NCBI GenBank assembly: GCA_964367375.1
Contig: CAYIXG010000004.1
Location: 59,556 to 123,555, forward strand
Reading direction: 5' to 3'
Length of the DNA: 64,000 bases
From: Candidatus Woesearchaeota archaeon
GTDB lineage: Archaea > Nanobdellota > Nanobdellia > SCGC-AAA011-G17 > UBA489
Position numbers and translations under genes: made by a program. Positions 28,401 through 37,031 of this stretch are shown piece after piece (position 1 is the stretch's first letter; each line of letters starts with the position of its first letter). Under the pieces are notes generated by a model that had not been told where the DNA came from, ran no database searches, and saw only the letters and a program-made list of their open reading frames with translations.

Positions 28401-28552
28401 ATATTCCCACACACTCTACTTTTTCCACACCAGAACATCATTTTTCGAACGACAGAAAGGTTAATAAAAAGCAAAAACTCCCCCAAGTCCAACAGATCCG
28501 AAGCACTAATCCTCAATTAGAAAAACTCAAAGAGGTGTATAAGATTGAGTAA
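25460..28552 (+). CDS. Large surface protein: signal peptide, LamG domain with inserted 7-repeat propeller, Ig-like domain, P/S/A linker, C-terminal TM, cytoplasmic tail
   Basis: LamG halves FDGTDD...TIETWINP and WNHVVFTYD...LYVNG...LDEFALYNRALSASEV; many NxS/T sequons; TM AVLAILFLFVLIFTLIMLL; tail ends EKLKEVYKIE. Confidence 0.85.
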   Translation: MNNISSPRILYLFLAFIILFTSLATATLFYINTESTFNEGTYDNTFYNSTIGAVQLNATYTLGNYTSKVFDGGNVTSWDNITWTEGAPYNEELPDNAQREPTLGGVDMNGNVLLLHLNDENGVIADTSGSANNGTVTGATTGVGGRYTTAISFDGTDDSLSIPHSSSLNITDALTIETWINPFGESNITIGTINDTLTDTFEFDTADAQEPSFIPVENDVYAIAYEGPGSDGFITTFSISSTGDIGSALSTFEYDTSDGIESDLLHISDTTYAVAYTGPGNDGFVATLPIYPNGTIDSVMNSLEFDTSDAGESDIVHIGDTTYAIAYTGPGNDGFLITLPLHPNGTIGSIINSFEFDTSNAQEPFILSVTGDIYAIAYSGPSNDGFLITLPLHPNGTIGSVIDTLEFDTADTNRPQLISIEGTTYAISYDGSNGNGFIATVDIAADGQISNTVLNNFEYDILDGTESSIIPVARNVYALSYRGENGDGFIVTLFIQPDGTIIPSYADKLEFDIGDGRESTLLHITGNTYAVAYRGPGDDGFVNTFTIVTHKGIFKAGAYEIDANSTTAFAIANGTLTAPLSPGWNHVVFTYDTTAANDQQQLYVNGQLSASTTFSQPLNTSTHPLTIGEYLNATLDEFALYNRALSASEVLDRYKRGILNLTLFVRSCTAPDCSDNTLWDTSFGTSPGILSLPNNTYLQYRAHFTTESAAYSPELLNVTLSSTDSNAPPSTPLLNEPANNSNIALSSVILNATVADPEGGLLTVFFIGNNDIINTTIDVFNASDVSYNWTGLSDGAYTWSVIANDGTTNTSSETFSFTVSIPSSSSPSGGPGSSSPEGITSSGVETNPQTGQSIRPSPPGQTAPSPQAATPPSPAPSPSASPPAAPPITGAAALEGQPEHISGFSIKNFFTSLIPSTLDAVLAILFLFVLIFTLIMLLKTKSFRIFTRVPRTSRPVFARYQSYKQEVINKDIHSYLGRRYNIPTHSTFSTPEHHFSNDRKVNKKQKLPQVQQIRSTNPQLEKLKEVYKIE
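26054..27101 (+). repeat. Seven ~51-aa (153-bp) coding tandem repeats
   Basis: Consensus xxFEFDTxDxxExxxxxxxxxxYAIAYxGPGxDGFxxTxxIxxxGxI; TGCGTA anchors at 26281, 26434 and 26587 (153-bp period); ~50-bp identical block in repeats 3 and 4. Confidence 0.85.
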
Positions 28553-29354
28553 TATTGTTGGCGTTATTTCCATCAAGGGAGGCGTGGGAAAAACATCCTG
28601 CGTTGCCTCTTTAGGCGCAGTTCTCGCAGAATCATTCAACAAACGCGTGCTCCTTGTAGATGCAAACTTCACCGCACCCAACCTCGCATTCCATTATGGG
28701 CTTGTGGATGTCCCTGTCACTCTTCACCATGTGCTCACTGGATCGCGCACGATCATGAAAGCGATTTATGAATACAATAAAAAGCTCCATATCCTTCCTG
28801 GATCATTGCTTGGGAAGAAAATAAACCCGTTTCTTCTTCGTAAAGAACTGAACACTCTCCGCGAATTTTATGATATTATCCTTATTGATTCCTCACCCAA
28901 CTTAAACAACGAAATCATGGCAACCATGATTGCTGCGGATGAACTTCTTGTGATTACCACACCTGATTACCCGACGCTCAGCTGCACCATGCACGCCATC
29001 AAAATTGCAAAAGAACGCAAAACACCCATTACTGGCATTATCCTGAACAAAATGAGAAACAAATCCTTTGAATTAACCATTGAAGACATTGAAGACTGCT
29101 GCAAAGTCCCTGTCATTGGCTATTTGCCTGATGATATTAGCATGCTTGAAAGCCTCGCACACTCAAAACCTGTTTCCCTGCATAGTCCTTTAAGCAATGC
29201 ATCCATTGAACTGCATAAACTCGCGGCAGCACTCGTCAATCAACAGTATAAAGACCCGCGATTCTTCTCGCAATTCAAACAATGGATCACGAAAGACGTT
29301 CGCAAAGATGAAGTGAACAGAGATGTGTTACGACAACGCCAAAACCATTGGTAA
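28545..29354 (+). CDS. minD: MinD/ParA-family ATPase
   Basis: Deviant Walker A KGGVGKT, VLLVDAN, IILIDSSP, ITTPD, GIILNK; amphipathic FFSQFKQWI near the C-terminus; TTG start overlaps the upstream gene with GAGGTG SD. Confidence 0.9.
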   Translation: MSNIVGVISIKGGVGKTSCVASLGAVLAESFNKRVLLVDANFTAPNLAFHYGLVDVPVTLHHVLTGSRTIMKAIYEYNKKLHILPGSLLGKKINPFLLRKELNTLREFYDIILIDSSPNLNNEIMATMIAADELLVITTPDYPTLSCTMHAIKIAKERKTPITGIILNKMRNKSFELTIEDIEDCCKVPVIGYLPDDISMLESLAHSKPVSLHSPLSNASIELHKLAAALVNQQYKDPRFFSQFKQWITKDVRKDEVNRDVLRQRQNHW

Positions 29355-29399
29355 TTCTCGAGTAACATTTATATACTGAAGTATATATGTTTACCTTCT

Positions 29400-30065
29400 A
29401 TGGGAAAGGAATATTTACAGCAGCAGGACATGGAAGCAGCAAAGAAGAGAGATGCATCTTCAAAAGGAAACGTCCTTGAAAAAACCGTCCAAAAAGGTGT
29501 CTCTCCAGAGAGCATGCAAAAACGTGTTCTTCATAATCCTGCAATCATGAAGCACGCACAAGTCTGCAATCGATTTGGCATTACTTCTGCACACGTCAGC
29601 GGACATGACTTCACCTTCACAGACAAGGGATTTGAAGACAGCGTTCTTGAACATGAAGCACAATTGCAACCCCAATTATCATCTCAACCATCACCATCAA
29701 AAAATGAGAAGAAAGCACCCCTTGAAGAGACTATTGATGAAAACAAACAATCCCATGACCATTCCTCACGAGAAACCTTTGGCAAAATGTATGGCGTGAG
29801 CACTGACGCTGCCCAATGCAACTGTGGCAAAGAAATCAAACTTGAACCCAAAACATCCGGATTAAGCGCATCTGACTACACAAAAGAGAAAATGAGCGAT
29901 GATTTTGACCTGAAAAAGGGAAGCGAATACTCCACAGGAACCTCTGGAAAAGACACTGAAACGCAGCATCTTTATGGAAATACTTCTAATACACTTTCAC
30001 AAGGAGTGCAACAGACTTATACCAAGAAAAAGAAAGACCTCTTTGGCGTGGATACGTACACATAA
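29400..30065 (+). CDS. Hypothetical hydrophilic protein with CNCG motif
   Basis: Low-complexity S/K/E/T/Q; own TATA-like TTTATATA upstream. Confidence 0.6.
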   Translation: MGKEYLQQQDMEAAKKRDASSKGNVLEKTVQKGVSPESMQKRVLHNPAIMKHAQVCNRFGITSAHVSGHDFTFTDKGFEDSVLEHEAQLQPQLSSQPSPSKNEKKAPLEETIDENKQSHDHSSRETFGKMYGVSTDAAQCNCGKEIKLEPKTSGLSASDYTKEKMSDDFDLKKGSEYSTGTSGKDTETQHLYGNTSNTLSQGVQQTYTKKKKDLFGVDTYT

Positions 30066-30098
30066 CCTATTTAAATTCCCTCCCCTCTTTAATTATAT

Positions 30099-30287
30099 AT
30101 GGTTCGTAAGTGCCCGAAATGTGGTAGTACACATACTGAAATGGAAGGAGAAGACATCCACTTCTTAGTTTGCCTCGACTGCGGCTACGATGAAGGAGAT
30201 GAATATGCAATCGCAGAAGAGCGCGCCGGCAAAGGAGGCAAGGGCAGTCCGTACAAACGTGGCGGCTCACTCCGCACCCAGAAATAG
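30099..30287 (+). CDS. Small zinc-ribbon protein with basic Gly-rich tail
   Basis: CPKC...CLDC, tail RAGKGGKGSPYKRGGSLRTQK. Confidence 0.7.
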   Translation: MVRKCPKCGSTHTEMEGEDIHFLVCLDCGYDEGDEYAIAEERAGKGGKGSPYKRGGSLRTQK

Positions 30288-30348
30288 AAGTTCAACATAT
30301 AATGTAAAATCTAAGGAGCATAAGAAATTTTATACTTATTAAGACTCT

Positions 30349-30837
30349 TCAATCTTTTTTTACTTGAAAATCTCTTTCATAGTTTATAGTAATTCCTGTT
30401 TCTTTAGCAAGTAACTCAGCTAAATCTAAAGCCCTATTTCTAAGAACTCTGTTTACTTCACTTTCATCAACTACTACAGCATTAAATTTTTCATCTAGTC
30501 CAAGGCTCTCACGCAATCTAAAAACTTTCTTTTTGCCAAATAATCTTCTTTCATAAGATTTATTAGCAGAATAACAAGCTATATTTGTATGACATACACT
30601 TGGCAAAACTTCATTGCCTTCTTCATTAATAGAACTATGGAATACAATGTAGCCAGGTACTATTCCCCTTGATAGATAATCTCTTGTCTCAACCTTAATA
30701 CTATGTGTAATCCCTTCAGGACCAATAGTTCTTGCTTCTATAGGTCCATCATACCCAGGACCACCAACAACATGACCATTTTTAATAGTCCTTTTGATAT
30801 GCTCTATTTCTCTTTGGATGCACTCATTTTTTTCCAT
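30349..30837 (-). CDS. Hypothetical protein in an AT-rich island
   Basis: 162-aa ORF with AGGAG SD; divergent from a TrmB gene. Confidence 0.6.
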   Translation of the reverse strand: MEKNECIQREIEHIKRTIKNGHVVGGPGYDGPIEARTIGPEGITHSIKVETRDYLSRGIVPGYIVFHSSINEEGNEVLPSVCHTNIACYSANKSYERRLFGKKKVFRLRESLGLDEKFNAVVVDESEVNRVLRNRALDLAELLAKETGITINYERDFQVKKD

Positions 30838-30975
30838 TTTTTCTCCTTTTCTTTTTTTGTGGAAAGATAACCATTTATTACTTACTAGTAGGAATACAAT
30901 CCTAATTAAAATAAACTACTCTCAAAAGAGAGGAGTAATAGAAAGATTAAAATAGCTTTAAAATATTTTAATTCT

Positions 30976-31704
30976 ATGGATTATTCGATATTTGAAGAAT
31001 TAGGATTAACGAACGCTGAGATTAAGGTGTATATTCAACTATTAAAGTTGGGATTTTCTCATGCTGGTTTAATAATAGAGAAAACAAGATTACAAACTTC
31101 AGTAGTACACAGAGCTTTAAACTCTTTAATTGAAAAAGGTCTTATTAATTATATTTTAGAAGGAAAAATAAAAACATATCAAGCAACAGAACCAGAACTT
31201 TTTTTAGATTTTATAGATGATAAGAGAATGAAATTTAAAGAAATTCTTCCTGAGCTAAAAAAAGAGCAAGATTCAGCAAAGAAAGGAGAAATAGCTACAA
31301 TATACAAAGGCAAAAAAGGATTGCAGGAAGTATATTATAAGCTAATTAATGTCAAAGCTAAAGAGTATTTAACTTATGGTGGAGGAATAGATGTTGCTAA
31401 TTTCATGAATGTTACATGGTGGAGAAATCTGCATACCAAGAGAAGAGCGAATAAATTACCTTCAAGACAAATCTTTGATAAAACAGTTAAGCCACTAGGA
31501 AAAGGGATTATAGGGATGCCATTAACGAAGATAAAATTTCTTCCTCATGAATTTGCCCAATTTCAAGAAACTGTGATAATAGGAGATTATGTAGCTATCA
31601 ATGTCTTTACTGAAAATGCTTACAGTTTTTTAATAAAGGATGCAAAAGTTGCTGAAGGATATAAAAAATATTTTGAATTATTATGGAAGATTGCAAAATC
31701 ATAA
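30976..31704 (+). CDS. TrmB-family transcriptional regulator
   Basis: LGLTNAEIKVYIQLLKLG...VHRALNSLIEKGLI; IYKGKKG; YKKYFELLW. Confidence 0.92.
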   Translation: MDYSIFEELGLTNAEIKVYIQLLKLGFSHAGLIIEKTRLQTSVVHRALNSLIEKGLINYILEGKIKTYQATEPELFLDFIDDKRMKFKEILPELKKEQDSAKKGEIATIYKGKKGLQEVYYKLINVKAKEYLTYGGGIDVANFMNVTWWRNLHTKRRANKLPSRQIFDKTVKPLGKGIIGMPLTKIKFLPHEFAQFQETVIIGDYVAINVFTENAYSFLIKDAKVAEGYKKYFELLWKIAKS

Positions 31705-31861
31705 AATAAAAGGCTACTTCAGAATACCAAATTTAGATCCATAAATCATAGGTAATATCTGATCACTAGAAATAGCGACTTATTCTGAGAATCATGTCCA
31801 GTATAGCTTATATTACACTTCAACAATATCTTTATAAAGATCTTCCCTCTCTTTTTCACTT

Positions 31862-32812
31862 ATGCCCAAAAAAGAGCAAACGCATGACGTTATCATCATC
31901 GGCGGAGGCATTGCCGCACACACCGCAGCACTCTACACCGCACGAGCAAACCTTGCACCATTAGTTATTTCAAGCATAGAACCAGACCAGCTGAGCATGA
32001 CAACCACTGTGGAAAACTATCCTGGATTTCCCCAAGGCGTTCAAGGCCCAGACCTTGTAAATAACTGCAAGAAACAAGCAGAACGATTTGGAGCAACATA
32101 TATCCAAGGAATAGCAGACTCTTTTACTAAACAAAAGAATATTTTTGTTGTTGGAGTTGGCAAAGCATCCTATTCTGCACGAACAGTGATCATTTCCACA
32201 GGCGCGTCTGCACGACGACTCTCCATTCCTGGAGAAAACACTTATTTTGGGAGAGGAGTATCGACCTGCGCTGTTTGTGATGCTGCACTCTATAGAGATG
32301 CAACTGTTGTCGTGATTGGCGGAGGAGATTCTGCCATGGAAGAAAGCTTAGCGTTATACAAATTCGCCAAAAAAGTGGCCATCATCCACCGCAGAAACGC
32401 ATTCCGCGCCAGCAAAATCATGCAAGACCGCATCTTTAAACTGAAAGATAAGATAACTGTCCTCTGGGATAGTGAACCTGTTGAAGTTCTTGGCAACGGC
32501 AAAATGGTTACTGGCATCAAAATTAAAAACGTCAACACACAAAAGATTACTGAACTTAAATGCGACGGCGTTTTTCTTGCCATCGGCCATGTCCCCAACA
32601 CTGCCGTTTTCAAGAATGTTGTTCCCCTTGACGCACAAGGATATGTCATTACTGATCGTTTCACCAAAACAACAACACCTGGCATCTTCGCAGCAGGAGA
32701 CTGTCAAGATCCTGTGTTCCGCCAGGCAGTCACCTCCGCAGGAACAGGATGCATGGCAGCCATCCAAGCAGAAAAATACCTGGAACATTTAAAAGCAAGC
32801 AACACCTACTAG
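31862..32812 (+). CDS. trxB: Thioredoxin-disulfide reductase
   Basis: VENYPGF, GRGVSTCAVCD, GGGDSAMEE, HRR, FAAGD. Confidence 0.96.
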   Translation: MPKKEQTHDVIIIGGGIAAHTAALYTARANLAPLVISSIEPDQLSMTTTVENYPGFPQGVQGPDLVNNCKKQAERFGATYIQGIADSFTKQKNIFVVGVGKASYSARTVIISTGASARRLSIPGENTYFGRGVSTCAVCDAALYRDATVVVIGGGDSAMEESLALYKFAKKVAIIHRRNAFRASKIMQDRIFKLKDKITVLWDSEPVEVLGNGKMVTGIKIKNVNTQKITELKCDGVFLAIGHVPNTAVFKNVVPLDAQGYVITDRFTKTTTPGIFAAGDCQDPVFRQAVTSAGTGCMAAIQAEKYLEHLKASNTY

Positions 32813-32821
32813 GAGAAAACC

Positions 32822-33928
32822 ATGGTCATCTACGACGAATTCGGCCCAGAAAAAATCATTGAAGTATACAACCCTCGCGTTGGCATGAAAGGATTTCTTG
32901 TTATTGACAACACAGCTCTTGGCCCAGCAAAAGGAGGCATCCGCATGACTCCCTCAGTCAACCTTGAAGAGGTTGCACGACTCGCACGAGCCATGACCTG
33001 GAAATGCGCACTTGCAGAACTTCCCTTTGGCGGTGGAAAGAGCGGCATCATCGCAGATGACAAACAAATCACGCCACAGAAAAAGAAAGAACTCATCAAA
33101 GCATTTGCAGCATCACTCAAAGCAGTTGTTCCTGAACTTTACGTTGCAGCACCAGACATGAACACTGCGGAAGAAGAAATGAAACTCTTTGCAGACACTC
33201 TTGGCACAAAGAAGGCATGCACCGGCAAACCAGCCATCATGGGAGGCATACCCCATGAACTGGGAAGCACTGGATTTGGCGTTGTTGTTGCAACAACCGT
33301 TGGCGCAGCCTCTGCAGGCATTGACTTATCCCATGCGAGCGTTGCTATTGAAGGATTTGGAAATGTTGGTCAATTTGCAGCAAAGTTCATCACTGAAAAA
33401 GGTGCACGCCTCGTTGCCGTTTCTGACAGCAGAGGAGTCATTTTTAACTCCAAAGGACTTTCCTATGAAAAACTTATGAGCACTAAACAAGTAAAAGGAA
33501 CAGTTACTTCCTATGGTGATGGAAAAATACTACCTTCTCACGAAATAACTCGCGTCACTGCAGACATCCTCATCACTGCTGCAATCCCTGATCTTATTAC
33601 TGTTGATGAGGTTGATCATGTCAAAGCAAAACTCATCGTTGAGGGAAGCAATATTCCCATGACCTTCGAAGTTGAAGAACTCTTTCACAACAAAGGAATT
33701 TTAGTCATTCCAGACTTTGTCGCAAACGCTGGCGGCGTCATTAGCAGCTATGTTGAATATATTGGCGGCACCCCCAAACAGATGTGGAAAACAGTGGAAG
33801 AAAAAATCAAGAAAAACACTGCCCTTGTCTTGAAAGAAGCACACAAGAAACATTTACCGCCACGCACGTGCGCTCTTGAGATTGCAAAAAAACGCGTCCT
33901 GGCAAAATGCAAGAACTGCAGAATCTAA
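32822..33928 (+). CDS. gdhA: Glu/Leu/Phe/Val dehydrogenase (glutamate dehydrogenase-like)
   Basis: GPAKGGIR, MTWKCA, PFGGGKSG, APDMNT, EGFGNVG, PDFVANAGGV. Confidence 0.88.
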   Translation: MVIYDEFGPEKIIEVYNPRVGMKGFLVIDNTALGPAKGGIRMTPSVNLEEVARLARAMTWKCALAELPFGGGKSGIIADDKQITPQKKKELIKAFAASLKAVVPELYVAAPDMNTAEEEMKLFADTLGTKKACTGKPAIMGGIPHELGSTGFGVVVATTVGAASAGIDLSHASVAIEGFGNVGQFAAKFITEKGARLVAVSDSRGVIFNSKGLSYEKLMSTKQVKGTVTSYGDGKILPSHEITRVTADILITAAIPDLITVDEVDHVKAKLIVEGSNIPMTFEVEELFHNKGILVIPDFVANAGGVISSYVEYIGGTPKQMWKTVEEKIKKNTALVLKEAHKKHLPPRTCALEIAKKRVLAKCKNCRI

Positions 33929-34842
33929 ACTTGCTCTTGACTTGATTGCACATTTCTTTCCCTTGCAGAAAGAAGCAAATCAATACTATCCATCAACCGC
34001 TCTTCATTCCCATACACAATCACCTTCGGATTTGCACCGCCCACAATCTCAATATACGGATTTACTGCCACAGAAAAGGGAGAACATTGCATCCCAAAGG
34101 CTTCTAAAAGCTCGTTGTCACACTCTGTACCGAGAATAACCAATATCTTTGTCTGGATGCTCTGCACCTCATTCGCCCTCTTTATTCTTTGACCAAGATT
34201 TTCTGCAACACCCTCAAGATCATCCACAATCGCTTCTGCCGCATCTTGATGATACGCAAGCTGACTGTTGCCAATCACAATAAACACATTATTCTTTAGT
34301 ATTCCCTGAGCATCAAACAAGAATGCAGGATACGCCTTTAAAGAAGGTTGGTTACTTTCTCCACAATCCTGCTCACAGCTTCCAAACTCTCCGATGTCAC
34401 ACGTGTCATCTCCACACTCTGCCTCTCTTCTTGTACACACATAATTATCACACACTTGATATGCAGAACAATCATTATTTGTTACGCATGAAACACCGCA
34501 CTTTCCTTTCGCATACCCTTTTTCTTCCTCTCTTTTACATCCGTCTGCGCTTCTTACACACTCCACAAGCTTTTTCCCTTCACATACATCCTGTGCGCAC
34601 TCATCTGTACACGCCTTTTTTGTTTCTCCCTTCTTTATACTCTTCGTTGGTTCTTGTTTTGTTTCCGGTTCTTTATTTGCTTCCTTTTCTGTGAATTGTG
34701 TTTCACCTTCATTTTCATCTGGGAGCACAACTTTAATACCTTCTTCACTCTGCAATGATTTTATTAAAAAAAACGTGCTTCCAAGCACTATTCCTAGAAT
34801 GACTATTGTTATTACCCACTTTTGCGTAGAACTTAATGTCAT
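33925..34842 (-). CDS. Membrane-anchored Cys-rich protein with S-layer-like C-terminal domain
   Basis: N-terminal TM; Cys repeats (CGDDTCDIGE...CEQDC); LKAYP.F...IVIG...A..I...L and ILVILG..C.N resemble euryarchaeal S-layer terminal domains. Confidence 0.6.
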   Translation of the reverse strand: MTLSSTQKWVITIVILGIVLGSTFFLIKSLQSEEGIKVVLPDENEGETQFTEKEANKEPETKQEPTKSIKKGETKKACTDECAQDVCEGKKLVECVRSADGCKREEEKGYAKGKCGVSCVTNNDCSAYQVCDNYVCTRREAECGDDTCDIGEFGSCEQDCGESNQPSLKAYPAFLFDAQGILKNNVFIVIGNSQLAYHQDAAEAIVDDLEGVAENLGQRIKRANEVQSIQTKILVILGTECDNELLEAFGMQCSPFSVAVNPYIEIVGGANPKVIVYGNEERLMDSIDLLLSARERNVQSSQEQV

Positions 34843-34854
34843 TTCAAAAAAAAA

Positions 34855-35463
34855 TTAAAGGGTCATGTATGACCCTATTCTCACCCATTCGTCAATGGTT
34901 ATTGTTCCTGTATTCCAGTCAGGCATCGCCCTGAACATCATGTTCCCTGAAATGAGCTTTGCAGCACCATTCACAATAGGTATTGTAATGGCTCCTGATG
35001 GGTTTGCCACCTGCGTCACGACGACCTGGTTTGTGCTTTGCACTGCAGTAATATCATACTGCACACCATTCATCATCATCGTTCCTGCAATCTGACCTGG
35101 TTGTGATAACAAGGGCGTGAATGGATAACTCACACCATCACCCACAAACAAGTTAAACAGCACCCAATTATCCTGCTCGTCAACCATGTACTGGACATGC
35201 GTTGCTTGCACTGGCTCAACGCCATTTCCATAATTGGATCCTGAGGCTTGCGTATACAAAAATTCCTCGTATCCGCCACCATTTTGCAGCGCATCTGCCA
35301 CAATGGTGTTGCTTCCTTCATCGACGCTTATATCATACTGCGCCTGGTTTGGAAGACCTGGAGGAAATAGCACATACCCATACGGCGTGAACGACTGCGC
35401 GCTCACCATGAGTGCCATTGCCACGAGCATGAGGCCTGTGATTACTCCTATTTTGTTTTTCAT
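34855..35463 (-). CDS. Secreted hypothetical protein
   Basis: Signal peptide ending VSA-Q; GGAGGTG SD; beta-rich, low charge. Confidence 0.7.
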   Translation of the reverse strand: MKNKIGVITGLMLVAMALMVSAQSFTPYGYVLFPPGLPNQAQYDISVDEGSNTIVADALQNGGGYEEFLYTQASGSNYGNGVEPVQATHVQYMVDEQDNWVLFNLFVGDGVSYPFTPLLSQPGQIAGTMMMNGVQYDITAVQSTNQVVVTQVANPSGAITIPIVNGAAKLISGNMMFRAMPDWNTGTITIDEWVRIGSYMTL

Positions 35464-35647
35464 ATTCTTGCACCTCCGTGCATATATTGCTATTTCTTTC
35501 TTCGGCCCTTTATATAAGAATATAGCGGTCTTCTTTTTTTAAAAATGGTTATTTTAAGTCCAATTAAGTAAATTAAGAATAAAAATGTCCCAGAAACATA
35601 AATAAGGTTAATTTCAGATTTAATCTTAAATAAGGGTCTCTTTACCT

Positions 35648-37018
35648 TTATTTAACCTCATAATACTCAACTAACGCCCGCAAGGCTTTCGCCGCATCTG
35701 CGGGAAAGGTAAATGTCGGAATCCCTATCTCCTCCATTGCCTGCCGCTGTATTTGCGTGTACGAACCTCCTGCAGACACCACCACTATCTGCTTCGGCTT
35801 CTTCAGCTTCTTATTCTTTTCACGAACCTCCTGGAGCATCCTCACCACTTCAGGCGTTATCAACGGCGTCTGCCACAACACAACCACACAAAGAATATCC
35901 ACCTTTTTCTCCTGCAATAATGCGTTCATAACTGCTTCATACTCCTCATTCCTCACCGAACCAGTCAGATCCATCGGATTCCTTATGGTTGCCTCCTTCT
36001 GCACCTTTGACCTTATTTTTTGCACAAAAAATTTGCTCGGCTCCTCCACCTTCAAACCTTGTTCACTCAAGCGATCCGCAGCCAAAATACCAAAACCACC
36101 ACCATTGGTAACTATTTGCACCCTCCTTCCTGAGGGTTTGCCCGCCTTCTCAAAAATCTTTGCAACACTAAATAATTCATCCAACGTTTTTGCATTGATG
36201 ATATGACACTGCCGCATGACTCCCTTGTACACTGCAGCAACACCCGCAAGCGAGCCTGTATGCGACACCGTTGCCTTCGCACCCTCCTCAGTTAACCCTC
36301 CCTTAATTGCAATAATTGGCTTTTTCGAAGCCACCTTCTTTGCAATCCTCATAAACTTCTTCCCATCCTTCACCCCCTCAATATACATACAAATCACTCT
36401 TGTTTCTGGATCATTTCCTAAAAATTCAAGCAGATCAGACTCATCCACATCCACTGCATTCCCATAACTCACAAACTTCCCGCACTTCATCCCCTCATTT
36501 TCCATCATGTCCAAGATTGCGGAACCGACCGCACCAGACTGGCAGATAAATGAAATGCTTCCCCTCTCTGGCCGAGACAAGCGAGACCTTGGTAAAAATA
36601 AATTATCAAACCCTGTTGTTGTATCTAAAGTACCGAGGCAATTTGGACCAATCAACCGCATCCCATACTTCTTTACCCTCTTTAGCAGTTCTTCCTCTAA
36701 CTTTTTGTTTCCCACTTCGCCAAACCCTGCAGTCACCATGATAATCCATTTAATCCTCTTTTTTCCACATTCATCAAGCACCTGCACTGCAGTCTCTGCA
36801 GGCACTGCAACAATTGCAGTGTCAATCCGCGACTGTATCATCGCTACTGAAGAATAACACCGGAGACCGAGCAAGACCTCCACCTTTGGATTCACTGGAA
36901 AAATGTTCCCCCGAAAACCTGCGTCAAGCAGATTCTTCAGAATGACATGACCAACCTTATTCGGATCACGAGACGCGCCAATCACTGCAACTGATCGTGG
37001 ACTAAAAAATTGTTCCAT
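35648..37018 (-). CDS. acdA: Acyl-CoA synthetase (ADP-forming), alpha subunit
   Basis: PRSVAVIGAS, IGPNCLG, QSGAV, SHTGSLAG (phospho-His), TNGGGFG, NPMDL; no beta subunit in the window. Confidence 0.92.
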   Translation of the reverse strand: MEQFFSPRSVAVIGASRDPNKVGHVILKNLLDAGFRGNIFPVNPKVEVLLGLRCYSSVAMIQSRIDTAIVAVPAETAVQVLDECGKKRIKWIIMVTAGFGEVGNKKLEEELLKRVKKYGMRLIGPNCLGTLDTTTGFDNLFLPRSRLSRPERGSISFICQSGAVGSAILDMMENEGMKCGKFVSYGNAVDVDESDLLEFLGNDPETRVICMYIEGVKDGKKFMRIAKKVASKKPIIAIKGGLTEEGAKATVSHTGSLAGVAAVYKGVMRQCHIINAKTLDELFSVAKIFEKAGKPSGRRVQIVTNGGGFGILAADRLSEQGLKVEEPSKFFVQKIRSKVQKEATIRNPMDLTGSVRNEEYEAVMNALLQEKKVDILCVVVLWQTPLITPEVVRMLQEVREKNKKLKKPKQIVVVSAGGSYTQIQRQAMEEIGIPTFTFPADAAKALRALVEYYEVK

Positions 37019-37031
37019 TATTCACCACTCT

